Shown here: in pieces, positions 10,971 through 22,590 of the stretch
Position numbering within the stretch: the first letter of the stretch is position 1
How the letters are laid out: each line of letters begins with the position of its first letter
Origin: an uncultured delta proteobacterium
GTDB taxonomy: Bacteria > Myxococcota > Kuafuiibacteriia > Kuafuiibacteriales > Kuafuiibacteriaceae
Length of the DNA stretch: 64,000 bases
Assembly: GCA_963803435.1 (NCBI GenBank)
Contig: CAWDML010000008.1
Span: 64,001-128,000 of the forward strand
Reading direction: 5' to 3'
The notes under the pieces: model-generated
The model's database searches: none
The model's input: the letters and a program-made list of their open reading frames with translations, nothing else
What the model was told of the DNA's origin: nothing
Made by a program: the position numbers and the translations under genes

Positions 10971-12404
10971 GTGAGCGCCGGCGCGCCGAAGAAGCCGGTC
11001 CGGCCCTGGCTCGACGAAACCAGGCTTCCGCGCCTCTACGACCGGAGCGGCCGCCCGGTCGAGCATGCGGTCACCCGCACCATCTTCTCGCTCCAGAGCC
11101 GGGCCAAGGGCGCCGAGCTCGACCCCGAGGTCCGCCGGATCCTCGACGGGATCGATCTCGATCGCTCCGGCGATCTGGGGCTGGCGCTCTTCAACCTGTT
11201 CATCGCCAAGAACGAGCCCACCAAGGACAAGTTCTGCCTGGTCCTGGCGGCTGCGCTCGGCGACGACCGTCTCCTCCCACCGCTCGAGCGCAAGATCCTC
11301 GCCTGGCCCGAGGTCCGCCGCGGCAAGCTGAGCGAGGTCGCCGTCACCGCACTGGCCGCCTCGGGTCGGGGGCGCGCGCTCTTCGCCGTGGACGGGATCG
11401 CGCGCCGGCTCCGCACCCAGCGCCGGATCCAGGCGCACGCCGCCCGCGCGCTGGTCCTCTCGGCGGCGCAAGCGCGGGGGCTCGATCGCGAGACGTTGAT
11501 CGACGAGGTGTTGCCGCGCCACGGCTTCGGCGCACGGACGCGGACGGTGGGCGCGGGCGACCGGGCGACGCTCGTCCGCGTCGGCACCGACTTCGAGATC
11601 CGCTTCGCCACCGCGGGCGGAAAGATCCCGAAGTCACTCTCGAAGGCGATCCCGGAGGCGGAGCGGGAGGAGATCGCAGGCCTCTCCAAGAACCTCCGCG
11701 CGCTGGTGAAGACCCATTCGCTTCGACTGATCGACTGCATGATCGCTCAGCACGGCTGGCCGGCAGAGCGCTGGCGCTCGCTCTTTCTCTCTCATCCCCT
11801 TCTGTTCCCCTTCGCCGTGCGGTGCCTCTTCACCGCGCACGACGCCGCCGGCGAGCGGGCCGCCATCTTTCGTGCGCTCGAGGATGGGTCGCTCACCGAC
11901 GCGAACGACGAGGAGCTCCGCCTCGCCCCCGAGTGGGAGATCCGCCTCCTGCATCCGGCCTTCGTCTCCACCGAGCTCCGGGACACCTGGGCGAGACATC
12001 TCGCCGACTACGAGGTCGAGCCGCCGTTTCCCCAGCTCAATCGTCCGGCCGACCGGGTGTCGGAGGTCGAGGCACAGGTCCGGATCGCTCGTACTTTCAC
12101 CGGGGCACGGTTGGGTCGCGGCGCCGGATGGAAGCTCCTGACGGTATACGAGGATCGGTACACCGCCTGCTTCAAGACGTTTCCGGGGCCCGGCGAGGAC
12201 GTCGACGCGATCGTCGTGATCGACCAGCACACCGGCGAGGTCACCGGTCACTTCTTCATGCGCTACCAGCTCGACAACGTCGAGAGTGGGCGCTTCTATC
12301 GGCCGAGCTCCGACGACGATCCGCGCCTGCTCGGGCTGGACCGCGTCCCCCCCGCGATCTACGCCGAAGCGCTGGGCGAGCTCGCCCTGCTGGCTACGTC
12401 GTGA
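10971..12404 (+). CDS. DUF4132 domain-containing protein (MolR-like C-terminal region)
   Basis: ARGLDRETLIDEVLPRHGF, WPAERWRSLFLSHPLL, FRALEDGSLTDAND, IRLLHP, WARHLADYEVEPPFPQLNR. Confidence 0.8.
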   Translation: MSAGAPKKPVRPWLDETRLPRLYDRSGRPVEHAVTRTIFSLQSRAKGAELDPEVRRILDGIDLDRSGDLGLALFNLFIAKNEPTKDKFCLVLAAALGDDRLLPPLERKILAWPEVRRGKLSEVAVTALAASGRGRALFAVDGIARRLRTQRRIQAHAARALVLSAAQARGLDRETLIDEVLPRHGFGARTRTVGAGDRATLVRVGTDFEIRFATAGGKIPKSLSKAIPEAEREEIAGLSKNLRALVKTHSLRLIDCMIAQHGWPAERWRSLFLSHPLLFPFAVRCLFTAHDAAGERAAIFRALEDGSLTDANDEELRLAPEWEIRLLHPAFVSTELRDTWARHLADYEVEPPFPQLNRPADRVSEVEAQVRIARTFTGARLGRGAGWKLLTVYEDRYTACFKTFPGPGEDVDAIVVIDQHTGEVTGHFFMRYQLDNVESGRFYRPSSDDDPRLLGLDRVPPAIYAEALGELALLATS

Positions 12405-12447
12405 CTTGTAAACCGCGCGTCCCCCCTCGCAGAATGCCGCCGTGCGC

Positions 12448-15400
12448 ATGGAGAAGCTCGCCCTCCCGCTCCTCGTCGCCCTGATGGGCTGCCCCGGGTC
12501 CGAACCGCTCGAGATCACCACGGCGTCGCTTCCGAAGGCGATGGTCGGCGACGACTACAGCGCGCAGCTCGCGGCGACGGGCGGCGACGGTGCCTATTCG
12601 TTCGCCGCTATCGACGCGCTCCCCGAGGGCCTGGCGCTCTCCGCGAACGGAACGATCGCGGGCGTGCCGGCCACCGACGGCGACTTCTCGTTCGTCGTCG
12701 AGGTGACGGACGGGAGCGACCGGACCGCGCGCCGCATGCTCTCGATCTCGATCGATCCACGACCGCTGGCCGAGCTGACCATCCTGACGGGAGACCTGCT
12801 GGTCGCACGCGTGACCGAGGCGTACCAGCGACAGATCACCGCCGCGGGCGGGAACGGCGAGTACACCTGGTCCGTCAGCGAGGGCGCGCTCCCCCCGGGC
12901 CTCGAGCTGGCTGCCGGCGGGACACCGTCGACCGAGCTGGCCGGCACGGCGACGGCCGAGGGGAGCTACGCATTCACGGTCCGCGTCGCGGACGCATCGG
13001 GCATGAGCGCGACGAAGGCCTACACGCTGGTGGTGCAGCCGAAGGCGACCCAGACCTTCGAGATCCGGAGCTTCCTCCTGCCTGACGGCGTCGTGGGGCT
13101 GAGCTACTCGGCGCCGCTCCAGGTCACGAACGCGACGGGCGGCGTCACCTGGACGGTCGACAGCGGTGACCTGCCGCCGGGGCTGGCGCTGGCCGAGGCA
13201 GGCGATCCGAACACGACGGTGGACGGCCTGCCCGAGCTCGCGGGCGACTTCGTGTTCGTGGTGCGCGCCACCGACGTGGACGGCGACACCGACACGCAGC
13301 GGCTCACCGTTCACATCTCGGCCGAGTTCGTCCCGATCCTGATCGAGACGGCCGCTGTTCCCACCGCGACGATCGGCGTCCCCTACAACGCCTCGATCCT
13401 GGCGCGCTACGGCACCGGCAGCGGGTTCACCTGGTCCGTCACCTCCGGTCAGCTCCCCGACGGCCTGATGCTCGCGAGCTCGGGCACTCCGGCGGTGCTG
13501 ATCGATGGGACGCCCACCACGCGCGGAACCTTCACCGCGACCATCACGGTGCACGACAGCAACGGTGATGTCGCCGCGCGCGCGTTCGACTTCGAGGTCG
13601 TCGATCCACCGCTCGTCATCGCGACCACACTGCTCCCGCCGGGCGACCTGGGCGTCGCCTACAGCGAGAGCATCATCGCTGCGGGCGGCTCGGGGAGCGG
13701 CCACTCCTGGCGGGTCAGCACCGGCACCGTTCCACCGGGCCTGACGCTCCAGCCTTCGAGCCAGGACCACGTCACGCTGGACGGCACGCCCACGATGGTC
13801 GGGGTCTCCGACTTCACGCTCGAGGTGAGCGACTCGGGCGGTCAGGTGGCGACGCGCGACTTCCGGATACCGATCTACGCGCGGGTCGAGGTCACCACCT
13901 CGACGCTGCCGGATGGCGACGTTGGCGCGGCGTATGCGGTCTCGCTCTCCGCTCAGGGCGGGGACGGCAGCTACACGTATCAGATCAGCGGCGGCGCGCT
14001 TCCGCCGGGCCTCTCCCTCTCCGCGGCCGGCGTGATCGGCGGCGTCCCCACCGCTCCCGGCAACGCGGGGTTCATCGTCACCGCGCTCGACAGCCGAGGC
14101 AGCAGCGGCGCTCGCTCCCTCTCGATCGCCGTCTTCCAGGACACAGCGCAGCTCGCGCTCACCACGCCCTCGCTCCCCGGCGCCGGCTCCGGGGTCGCCT
14201 ACGCGGCCGAGGTCACCGCCGCCGGCGGATCAGAGAGCGGGTACACCTTCACGGTGGACAGCGGTGCGCTGCCGCCTGGCCTCTCGCTCACTAGCGGAAC
14301 TCCCAGCGCCAGCATCAGCGGCACGTCCGTCGCCCTCGGCTCCTACGGCTTCACGCTGCGCGTGACGGACTCCGCGGGCGGGACCGCGACCCGCCCGTAC
14401 ACCATCGACGTGCTGCCTCCGCTCACCATCACCACGATGACCCTACCGGCGCGTCCCGAGTGCGCCAGCGTCCGCCAGGGGATCGCAGCCTCGGGCGGCT
14501 CGGGCGCCGGCTACCTGTGGAGCGCGCCCGCGGGCCTTCCGCCGGGCCTCCAGCTCGATCCTGCCCAGACGCCGGCCACGACGCTCTCCGGTCGCGCCAC
14601 CGCGCCCGGCAGCTACCCGACGCTGATCCGCGTCACCGATTCTGCGGGCCTCACCGCGGAGCGAACGCTGTCGATCTCGGTCACCGCCAATCCGGACGCA
14701 CAGCGCTATGCGCTCCTCGTCGGCGACCTCCTCGTCGACGACGACACCGAGGTCTACCTCACGAACGTGTGCGGCGATCAGGCGTCCGCGCTCACCGCCC
14801 TCGAGCCGCCCGCACCCGGCACCGGCGACGCCTCGCTGGATCCCAGCGACGCCGTCTTCTCTCCGGACCAGCGCCGCATCGCCTTCATCGGCGACTTCAT
14901 GAACGACGGCGTCGACGAGCTCTTCCTCAGCACCGTGAGTCCGACGATGACGCGCCGGATCAACGGGCCAATCACGCCGGGCGGCGACGTCCATCAGGTG
15001 TTCTGGTCTCCCGATTCGTCGATGATCGTGTACCTCGCCGACCAGAACAGCGACGGCGTCGACGAGATCTTCGTCGTCGATGTGAGCAACCCGTCGATGC
15101 CGAGCTTCCCCGTGCAGGTGAACGGGCCCCTCGGCGCGAACAGCGACGTGACCGACGTCTTCTGGGCACCCGACTCGGGCGGGCTCATCTATCGCGCCGA
15201 CCCCACCGACAACGCGTTCGAGCTCTTCTACGTCGACCTGGCGTTCCCCACGCTCCCGGGGACGCCGGTGCGACTCCACAACGCGCTGGCCGCGCCGCAG
15301 GCCTGCGATCCGCGCGTCGACTGGACGCCCAGCGGCAACGGCGTGATCTTCCGCTGCGACTCCACCGCCGCCGGCGTGTTCCAGCTCTGGTACGTCCGTT

Positions 15401-16257
15401 TCTCCCTCGGCGTGCCTCAGGCCGCTCAGCGCGTAAACGGGAACCTGGTGGCGGGCGGTGACGTCCTGGCAGGCTCGTTCGCGTTCTCGCCGGACGGATC
15501 GGGCGTCGCGTACATCGCGGATCAAAATACGGACGACGTGTTCGAGCTCTACCTGGCGGTCACGTTCGGGGGATCGATCATGCAGGGGGTGCGGGCGCTC
15601 AGCCCGCTCGCCGCCAACCGGGACGTCACGGCCTTCGAGTTCGGCTCCACCGCGCTGCGCGGCCTCCTCCGCGGTGATCTGAACACCGACGAGGTCTTCG
15701 AGCTCTACCTCATCGACTCCAGCAGCGGCTTCCCGGTGGTACCCATTCGCCTCAACGGCGCGATGGTGTCGGGCGGCGACGTCGACCCCACGCACTTCGG
15801 CTTCTCACCGGCCGGGGATCGGGTGGCGTATCTCGCGGATCAGAATCGTCGACGAGCACCCCGAGCTCTTCGTGGTGGACATCAGCGGCCCGGCGCCCGG
15901 GGCTCCGGTGCGCATGAGCCCGATCCTCGGCGCCGGCGCCGGCACCTCGGTCGACACCTTCGCGTTCTCGCCCGCGACCTCGCGCATCGCCATGCGCGGC
16001 GACTTCTTCGTGGCCAATCAAGCCGAGCTGGCCTTCGCCGAGCTCGGCACCGGCGCGGTCCGAGTGCTGAACCTCCCGCTTCCGTCCGGCGGCGACGTCC
16101 GCGACTTCACCTGGCGCGCCGATGGCGACGGGATCCTGTTCGGTGCCGACATGGCGCTGGCCGGCGAGGTCGAGGGCTGGTCCGTCGACGTCTCCGGACC
16201 CACGCCGAGCACGCCCGTGAGGCTCCATCCGCAGGTCCCGGCGGGAGGCGCGCTCGA

Positions 16258-16279
<22 letters not shown>
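12448..16279 (+). CDS. Surface lipoprotein with ~8 putative Ig (He_PIG) repeats and a C-terminal TolB/PD40-like beta-propeller; frameshift at ~15845
   Basis: Lipobox LMGC. Repeats LEITTASLP...Y...ATGG...Y.W....G.LPPGL.L...GTPT..G.F.F.V.VTD, then FSPD...IAY.ADQ..D.V.ELF repeats. Continues in ORF 15872..16279. Confidence 0.85.
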
Positions 16280-17580
<1,301 letters not shown>

Positions 17581-17671
17581 GGCCCACCTGAAACCTCGCA
17601 CTGCCCAGCGCGCTTGTCACTTCTGCGAAGCCCCCTTGGCCGTGGGCGCTCGGTGCCTCGCGCCTGCGGTC

Positions 17672-17687
17672 TGGCATCGGCATTGCT
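17672..17687 (+). promoter_or_regulatory. Sigma54 -24/-12 promoter
   Basis: TGGCATCGGCATTGCT, close to consensus TGGCAC-N5-TTGCW (GG-N10-GC), 13 nt before ATG 17700. Confidence 0.75.
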
Positions 17688-17699
17688 GAAGCTCTCAGA

Positions 17700-18676
17700 A
17701 TGACCCTGATCGGAACGGGAGTGAGGCTCCGGAACTATCACGTCGGTCCCGTGATCGCCGCGGGACCGCGGGCGCGCATCTATCTGGCCCAGCGGCTCTC
17801 GGAGCCACGGTGCCTCTGCGCGCTCAAGGTGCTCAGGCACGAGCTCGCGGGCGATTCCCGCGCTCGCGAGCAGCTCAAGAAGGAGGCGTCAATCCTGCGA
17901 GCGCTCAGCCATCCCTCGATCGAGCCGCTGCTCGACTTCGGTTCTTCGGGCGGCGAGCTCTTCTACGTCGTGCGTCTGTCGGCGGGCCTGAGTCTGCGCG
18001 AGCTGCAGTCGGTCGCGCCGAGCGCCTGGCAAGTGCCGGCGGTCATCGAGATCGCGCTCGCGATCCTGGAGTCGATTCTTGTTCGCGCACGCGCTCGGCC
18101 GTGCCCACGGCTCGCTCACGGGCGACAACGTGCGCATCGCTGAGGACGGACGCGTCTTCTTGTGGGGCTTCGGCCTGCCGGAGCTGGCCTGCTCGAGCAC
18201 CCGGGAGACGGGCGCGCTCCGCGCCGCGAACGTGAGGATTCGAGACGCTCGTCGAGACCCATGGGCGCGACGTCCACTCGGCGGGGCTCCTCCTCACCGA
18301 CCTCCTCCGCCGGTGCTCGGGCCAGGTCCCCCAACGTCTCACCGACCTGCTCTGCGCCATGCTCGAGGCGTCGCCGCGCTGTCGGCCCACCGCGCACGCC
18401 GCGCTCGTCGAGCTCAAGGCGATCTCGGCCCGGACCGGGCAACGTCCGCTGGCGGAGCTGGTGGCTCGCAGGTGCGTGCCGGCGCCCAACGAGCGGACGA
18501 TGATCCTCGCGCGCGGTCCTCGCACCGGCGGCGGGGGGGGCCGGACCCGCATCCTTCCCCGAGAGCAGCCGCGCGCGGTCGACGGGGGTGCGCTCGGCGC
18601 CGGCGTGCTCACGGCCGTGGTGGCGGTGGGTCTCCTGGTGGGCTTCCTCCTCGTCAACGGCGTGCCGCTCCTCTGA
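17700..18676 (+). CDS. Membrane-anchored Ser/Thr pseudokinase; two frameshifts at ~18076 and ~18239
   Basis: CALKVLR, KEASILRALSHPSI, AHGSLTGDNV (HRD position), FLWGFG (DFG position), RDVHSAG, PRCRP, C-terminal TM. Joins ORFs 17700, 18079 and 18359 when two GATTC are read as GATC (~324 aa). Confidence 0.75.
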
Positions 18677-18758
18677 CTGCAGTCTTCCAACTGCAGCCCG
18701 CGGCCGGCCGTGCTGCAGGGACCGCTCACAACCCCGCGATCCGACTCGTTTTCGACGT

Positions 18759-18774
18759 TGGCCCGCCGCGTGCT
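18759..18774 (+). promoter_or_regulatory. Probable sigma54 promoter
   Basis: TTGGCCCGCCGCGTGCT, GG-N10-GC spacing, 14 nt before ATG 18788. Confidence 0.55.
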
Positions 18775-18787
18775 TTTGCATCGGACC

Positions 18788-18964
18788 ATGCACGGAAAAT
18801 GGAGTGTCTTTTCCTTGGTGTTGGTCTTCGCGGTGGTCTTCACGGGATTCGCGATGGCGAAGGGAAGGGCGACCGAGCCGCGCTCGACGCTGGCGCCCGA
18901 GCTCCCGCGCGAGTGGGTCTGGCAGAAGAAGCCGGTTCGGTTCGACGACATGTATCGCCGCTGA
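18788..18964 (+). CDS. Small secreted or membrane protein (58 aa)
   Basis: MHGKWSVFSLVLVFAVVFTGFAMA signal-like segment, then ELPREWVWQKKPVRFDDMYRR. Own promoter candidate. Confidence 0.65.
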   Translation: MHGKWSVFSLVLVFAVVFTGFAMAKGRATEPRSTLAPELPREWVWQKKPVRFDDMYRR

Positions 18965-18969
18965 GCGGC

Positions 18970-20868
18970 TCAAGCCTCGTCGATCGCGGTCAGCTCGCTC
19001 CAGCGCTGGTAGAGCCGCTCGACGTCGCGCTTGGCGCCCTCCAGCGCTTCGAGCTTGGCCGTGATCCCCCGCCCGATCTTCTTCACAATCTCCGGATCAA
19101 AGACCTCGCGCTCGAGGGCGGAGACCTGCTCCTCCGCCTCCATGATGCGGGCCTCGATCCCCTCGAGCTCCCGCTTCTCCTTGAAGGAGAGCCGGCGCGG
19201 GCCATCGGTCTTTCTCGGCCGCGCCTCCTTCGGCTTCGTCGCCGGAGGATCGCGCTCCAAGCGCGCCTCGATCAGCGCCTCCAAATGACGGGCTGCGCCC
19301 CCTTCGTGGCGCACGATCTGTCCCTCGTCGCCGAACACCAGCACCCCGGTGGTGACGCGGTCGAGGAAGTAGCGGTCGTGGCTCACGACCAGCGCGCATC
19401 CGGGATACGCGACCAGCGCATCCTCGAGGACGCGCAGCGTGGGCAGATCGAGATCGTTGGTCGGCTCGTCGAGGATCAGCAGGTTGGCGGTGACGCGGAG
19501 CGCCTTGGCGAGCGCGACCCGGCTCTTCTCTCCACCGGAGAGGGCCCCGATCTTGGTGCGTTGGGTGTCGCCGTCGAAGAGCAGGCCGGCGAGAAAGCCG
19601 TGCACCGGCACCGCGGTCTCACCCACGTGCACGAAGTCGCTCTCTCCGGCGACCTCTTCCAAGACGGTCTTCGTCTCATCGAGCAGTCGCCGCTGGTCTG
19701 CGTAGGCGATCGACGTGTTCTGGCCGCGGATGATCTCTCCGGCGTCGGGTGAGAGGTCGCCGAGGATCATGCGAAGGAGCGTCGTCTTGCCCGCGCCGTT
19801 GGGGCCGATGATCCCGAGCCGATCCCCCTTGGCGAGCTTGAGCTCGAAGCGATCGATCAGTCGCCGTTCTCCGAACGACTTCGACACGCCCTCCAGCTCG
19901 AGGATCGTCTTGCCGATGCGCGGTGGGTGGGGGAGCCGAAAATCCACGTCGCCGAGGTTCGCCTTGGGACGGTTCGCGACCAGGGCGTCGAACCGCTCGA
20001 GCCGCGCCTTCTGCTTGGTCGTGCGTGCCGGCGCCCGCCTGCGCACCCATTGAAGCTCGTTCTCGATGGCGCGCCGCCGCTTGTGCTCGACCTTCGCCTC
20101 CATCGCGTCCCGCTCCGCACGTGCGACCAGGTACTCGCTGTAGTTGCCCTCGTAGAGGCTGAGGGTCCCGCGATCGAGCTCGGCATGTCGCGTGGCCACG
20201 CGATCGAGAAAGTATCGATCGTGCGTCACCAGCAGCAGCGCTCCCGGATAATCGACCAGGATGGTCTCCAGCCATTCGATGGCGCGGACGTCGATGTGAT
20301 TGGTCGGCTCGTCGAGCACCAGCAGATCCGGCTGGGCGAGAAGTCCAGCGCACAGCGCCACCCTCCGCAACTCACCTTGCGAGAGCGTTCCGATCTTCCG
20401 AGCGCCGTCCGGGACCGCCAGCGCCAGCATCGCTGCTTCCGCGCGGTGCTCGACGTTCCAACCGCCCGTGCGCTCGAGCTCCTCCGAGAGACGCTCCTGG
20501 TCCGCGACCAGCCCTGCCACGCTCCCGTCCGCGCCGGTCGCAGCGATCCGCTCCGTCACACGATCGAGCTCCGCCCGGATGGCGAGGTTGTGCTCGAGCC
20601 CGCGCTTGACCGTATCGAGGACGGTCGCTTCCGGGTCGAGGCGCGGCGATTGATCGACGATCCTCACCGTGAGCCCGCGCCGCCGCTGGATCTCCCCGCC
20701 GTCCGGCTCTTCGGCGCCGACCAGGATGCGGATCAGCGTGGACTTCCCTGCACCGTTCACCCCGATCAGTCCCAGCCGATCGCGATCTTCGATCGTCAGC
20801 GAGACGTCCTCGAGCACGACACGGGGCCCGTAAGCCTTCGAGATGCCATGGGCCGACAAGAGGCTCAC
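18970..20868 (-). CDS. uup: ABC-F family ATPase (Uup-like)
   Basis: Two ABC domains (GVNGAGKST, LSQGE, LDEPTN; GPNGAGKTT, LSGGE, LDEPTN), ARTTKQKAR linker, C-terminal LSFKEKREL coiled coil, no TM. Confidence 0.9.
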   Translation of the reverse strand: MSLLSAHGISKAYGPRVVLEDVSLTIEDRDRLGLIGVNGAGKSTLIRILVGAEEPDGGEIQRRRGLTVRIVDQSPRLDPEATVLDTVKRGLEHNLAIRAELDRVTERIAATGADGSVAGLVADQERLSEELERTGGWNVEHRAEAAMLALAVPDGARKIGTLSQGELRRVALCAGLLAQPDLLVLDEPTNHIDVRAIEWLETILVDYPGALLLVTHDRYFLDRVATRHAELDRGTLSLYEGNYSEYLVARAERDAMEAKVEHKRRRAIENELQWVRRRAPARTTKQKARLERFDALVANRPKANLGDVDFRLPHPPRIGKTILELEGVSKSFGERRLIDRFELKLAKGDRLGIIGPNGAGKTTLLRMILGDLSPDAGEIIRGQNTSIAYADQRRLLDETKTVLEEVAGESDFVHVGETAVPVHGFLAGLLFDGDTQRTKIGALSGGEKSRVALAKALRVTANLLILDEPTNDLDLPTLRVLEDALVAYPGCALVVSHDRYFLDRVTTGVLVFGDEGQIVRHEGGAARHLEALIEARLERDPPATKPKEARPRKTDGPRRLSFKEKRELEGIEARIMEAEEQVSALEREVFDPEIVKKIGRGITAKLEALEGAKRDVERLYQRWSELTAIDEA

Positions 20869-20901
20869 GCCGTGAGCTTACCTCTGCTATGCTCGCGGTC
20901 G

Positions 20902-21310
20902 ATGAGGCTCTCCGTGCCGGCCGCCCTCCTCCTCGCATCGTGCACGCTCGGCGCGCTGGCCCTCTCCGGATGTCCCGATGAGTCCTCGCAACCGACGAAG
21001 GCCGTGAATCCAAAGCTGCCGATCATCGTGTACTACGCGTTGCCTGGCTGACGATTTTGCGCCCAGATTTCGGCTGCGGTCCGCAGCCTGCGCGATTCGG
21101 GGACCTACGACGGAAAGGTCAACTTCTACGTCGTCGACGTCGACTCCGACAAGGTCGAGGCGGAGGTCCAGCGCTGGCCGGGTCTCGGCAGCCACGGCTT
21201 GATCGGGACCACCTCGGACGGGGTCCTGAAGGTCCTCATCCCCGGCCACGGCTTCGGGCAGAACGGAGATCGTCGCCAAGGTCGACGAGCTCCTGCGACT
21301 CACGCACTAG
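20902..21310 (+). CDS. Thioredoxin-fold lipoprotein, candidate selenoprotein (U-x-x-C); probable 1-nt insertion at ~21263
   Basis: MRLSV...ALSGC lipobox; LPIIVYYALPG-TGA(21049-21051)-RFC-AQISAAVRSL...YDGKVNFYVVDV...GSHGLIG...IPGHGFG, then EIVAKVDELLRLTH* in the shifted frame (unshifted frame stops at 21315). Confidence 0.8.
21058..21094 (+). promoter_or_regulatory. Bacterial SECIS-like hairpin
   Basis: GGCTGCG-GTC-CGCAGCC perfect 7-bp stem (21072-21088) with a G-initiated loop 27 nt after the UGA; flanking GCGC...GCGC lower stem. Confidence 0.7.
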
Positions 21311-21378
21311 ATTAGCCTCGTAGCCCACCAAAAGGGGGCGATTTCGTGCACAGTAGGCCCGTACTGCGCCGAGGTGAT

Positions 21379-21667
21379 GCGGACTGTCGAGAGCTGTGGA
21401 CTGTCGACTGGGGCCGTCTCTGTGAGCTTTCAGGTTTACCTGCCACGAAAATCTTCGGCGTCTCTACGTGAGTGTGACGTCGGTTTCGAGCACGGCGAGC
21501 TGAGCGCACACATCACGAGCCTCCCGAGTCACCTCGTGGGCTGGCATTGGCTGACCGTTCGCGGCCGTGTTCGACGGCTCGAGGGTCACCATAGGCTGAC
21601 CCGCGCAACCAACTCGAAACCGCGTCCGAATCTGTCGACTGTCAACCGTGGACTGTCGACGGTTGGA
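21379..21667 (+). pseudogene. Decayed four-helix-bundle (TIGR02436-like) remnant flanked by heptamer repeats
   Basis: GTCGACT/GTGGACT 7-mer arrays at 21379-21410 and 21632-21667 (shared GTGGACTGTCGAC). Between them fragments VSFQVY, ASLREC, LPSHL, HRLTR; lower GC. Confidence 0.4.
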
Positions 21668-21738
21668 GCCCAGCAGAGCCCGGGCCCATTTTCTTCCTTC
21701 GTGCTGTCCTGTCCGCGGGACGTGGAGTCTGGTTAGCA

Positions 21739-22590
21739 TTAGCGGGCCGGATCGCAGGGCGCCCCGGCGCTCCCGAAGCAGATGGAGCCGGGCCGGAAGG
21801 GATCGATCACCACGATCGCGACGACCGCCGCCGCCACCGCGACTCCCGCGGCGATCCCGGTCCAGAGCCAGGGCGAGGCCGCGAGCGAGGTCTTCACCTC
21901 GAGCATCCCGACGGCGATCCGCATCTCTTCCCCGCGCTTCGCCTCGAACACCTGGGCCGCGGGCAGGTAGCCCTCTCGCTGGGCCTCCACGCGGTGCGAC
22001 CCCGGAAGGACCACGAACACGCCGGCGGTGCGGTCCGGCTCGCCGTCGAGGCTGATCTGAGCGTCGGGGGGTGACACGTCGATCCGGACCCTGGCGCCCT
22101 CCGGATAGCCGGCCTCGTCGAAGAGCTCTCGCGAGAGGCGCGCGATCTCGGCACCGATCGTCGACCGGCTCGCGCCTCCGAACGCCTCCCGGACGATCGT
22201 GGCCGACGCGGTGTCGACCAGGTGCAGGCTGAGCACCGGCGGATCGATCGCGTAGTTGACGACCACCCGGAGCGCCAGATCGATCCCGCTCGGACGTGCC
22301 CGCTCGCTGATGCACTCGAGATCGGAGCCGCAGCGTTCTGCGGTACTGAGCACCGGCTCGGCGGTTCCCGCGAGCAGCTCACTGGAGGTGACCGGATCCA
22401 GCTGGACCCGGAGCGCCAGCGTGGGCGCGATTGCCTCCACCACGTCGAGCGGATCGATCGCGTCCGCGCCGCCGCGCACGATCGAGGGAAGGATCGCGAT
22501 CCGTGACGGCCTCGTCCGCCCCAGCGCGACCGGTGTCACCGAGGTCGCTGCCACGGCTGCTGCCAGCGGCACTGCCAGCGCGCGCTTCAC
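21739..22590 (-). CDS. PEGA domain-containing membrane protein
   Basis: Signal peptide; CGSDLEC; PEGA VSPPDAQISLDG...LPGSHRVEAQREGY; SPWLWTGIAAG TM. Confidence 0.85.
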   Translation of the reverse strand: MKRALAVPLAAAVAATSVTPVALGRTRPSRIAILPSIVRGGADAIDPLDVVEAIAPTLALRVQLDPVTSSELLAGTAEPVLSTAERCGSDLECISERARPSGIDLALRVVVNYAIDPPVLSLHLVDTASATIVREAFGGASRSTIGAEIARLSRELFDEAGYPEGARVRIDVSPPDAQISLDGEPDRTAGVFVVLPGSHRVEAQREGYLPAAQVFEAKRGEEMRIAVGMLEVKTSLAASPWLWTGIAAGVAVAAAVVAIVVIDPFRPGSICFGSAGAPCDPAR

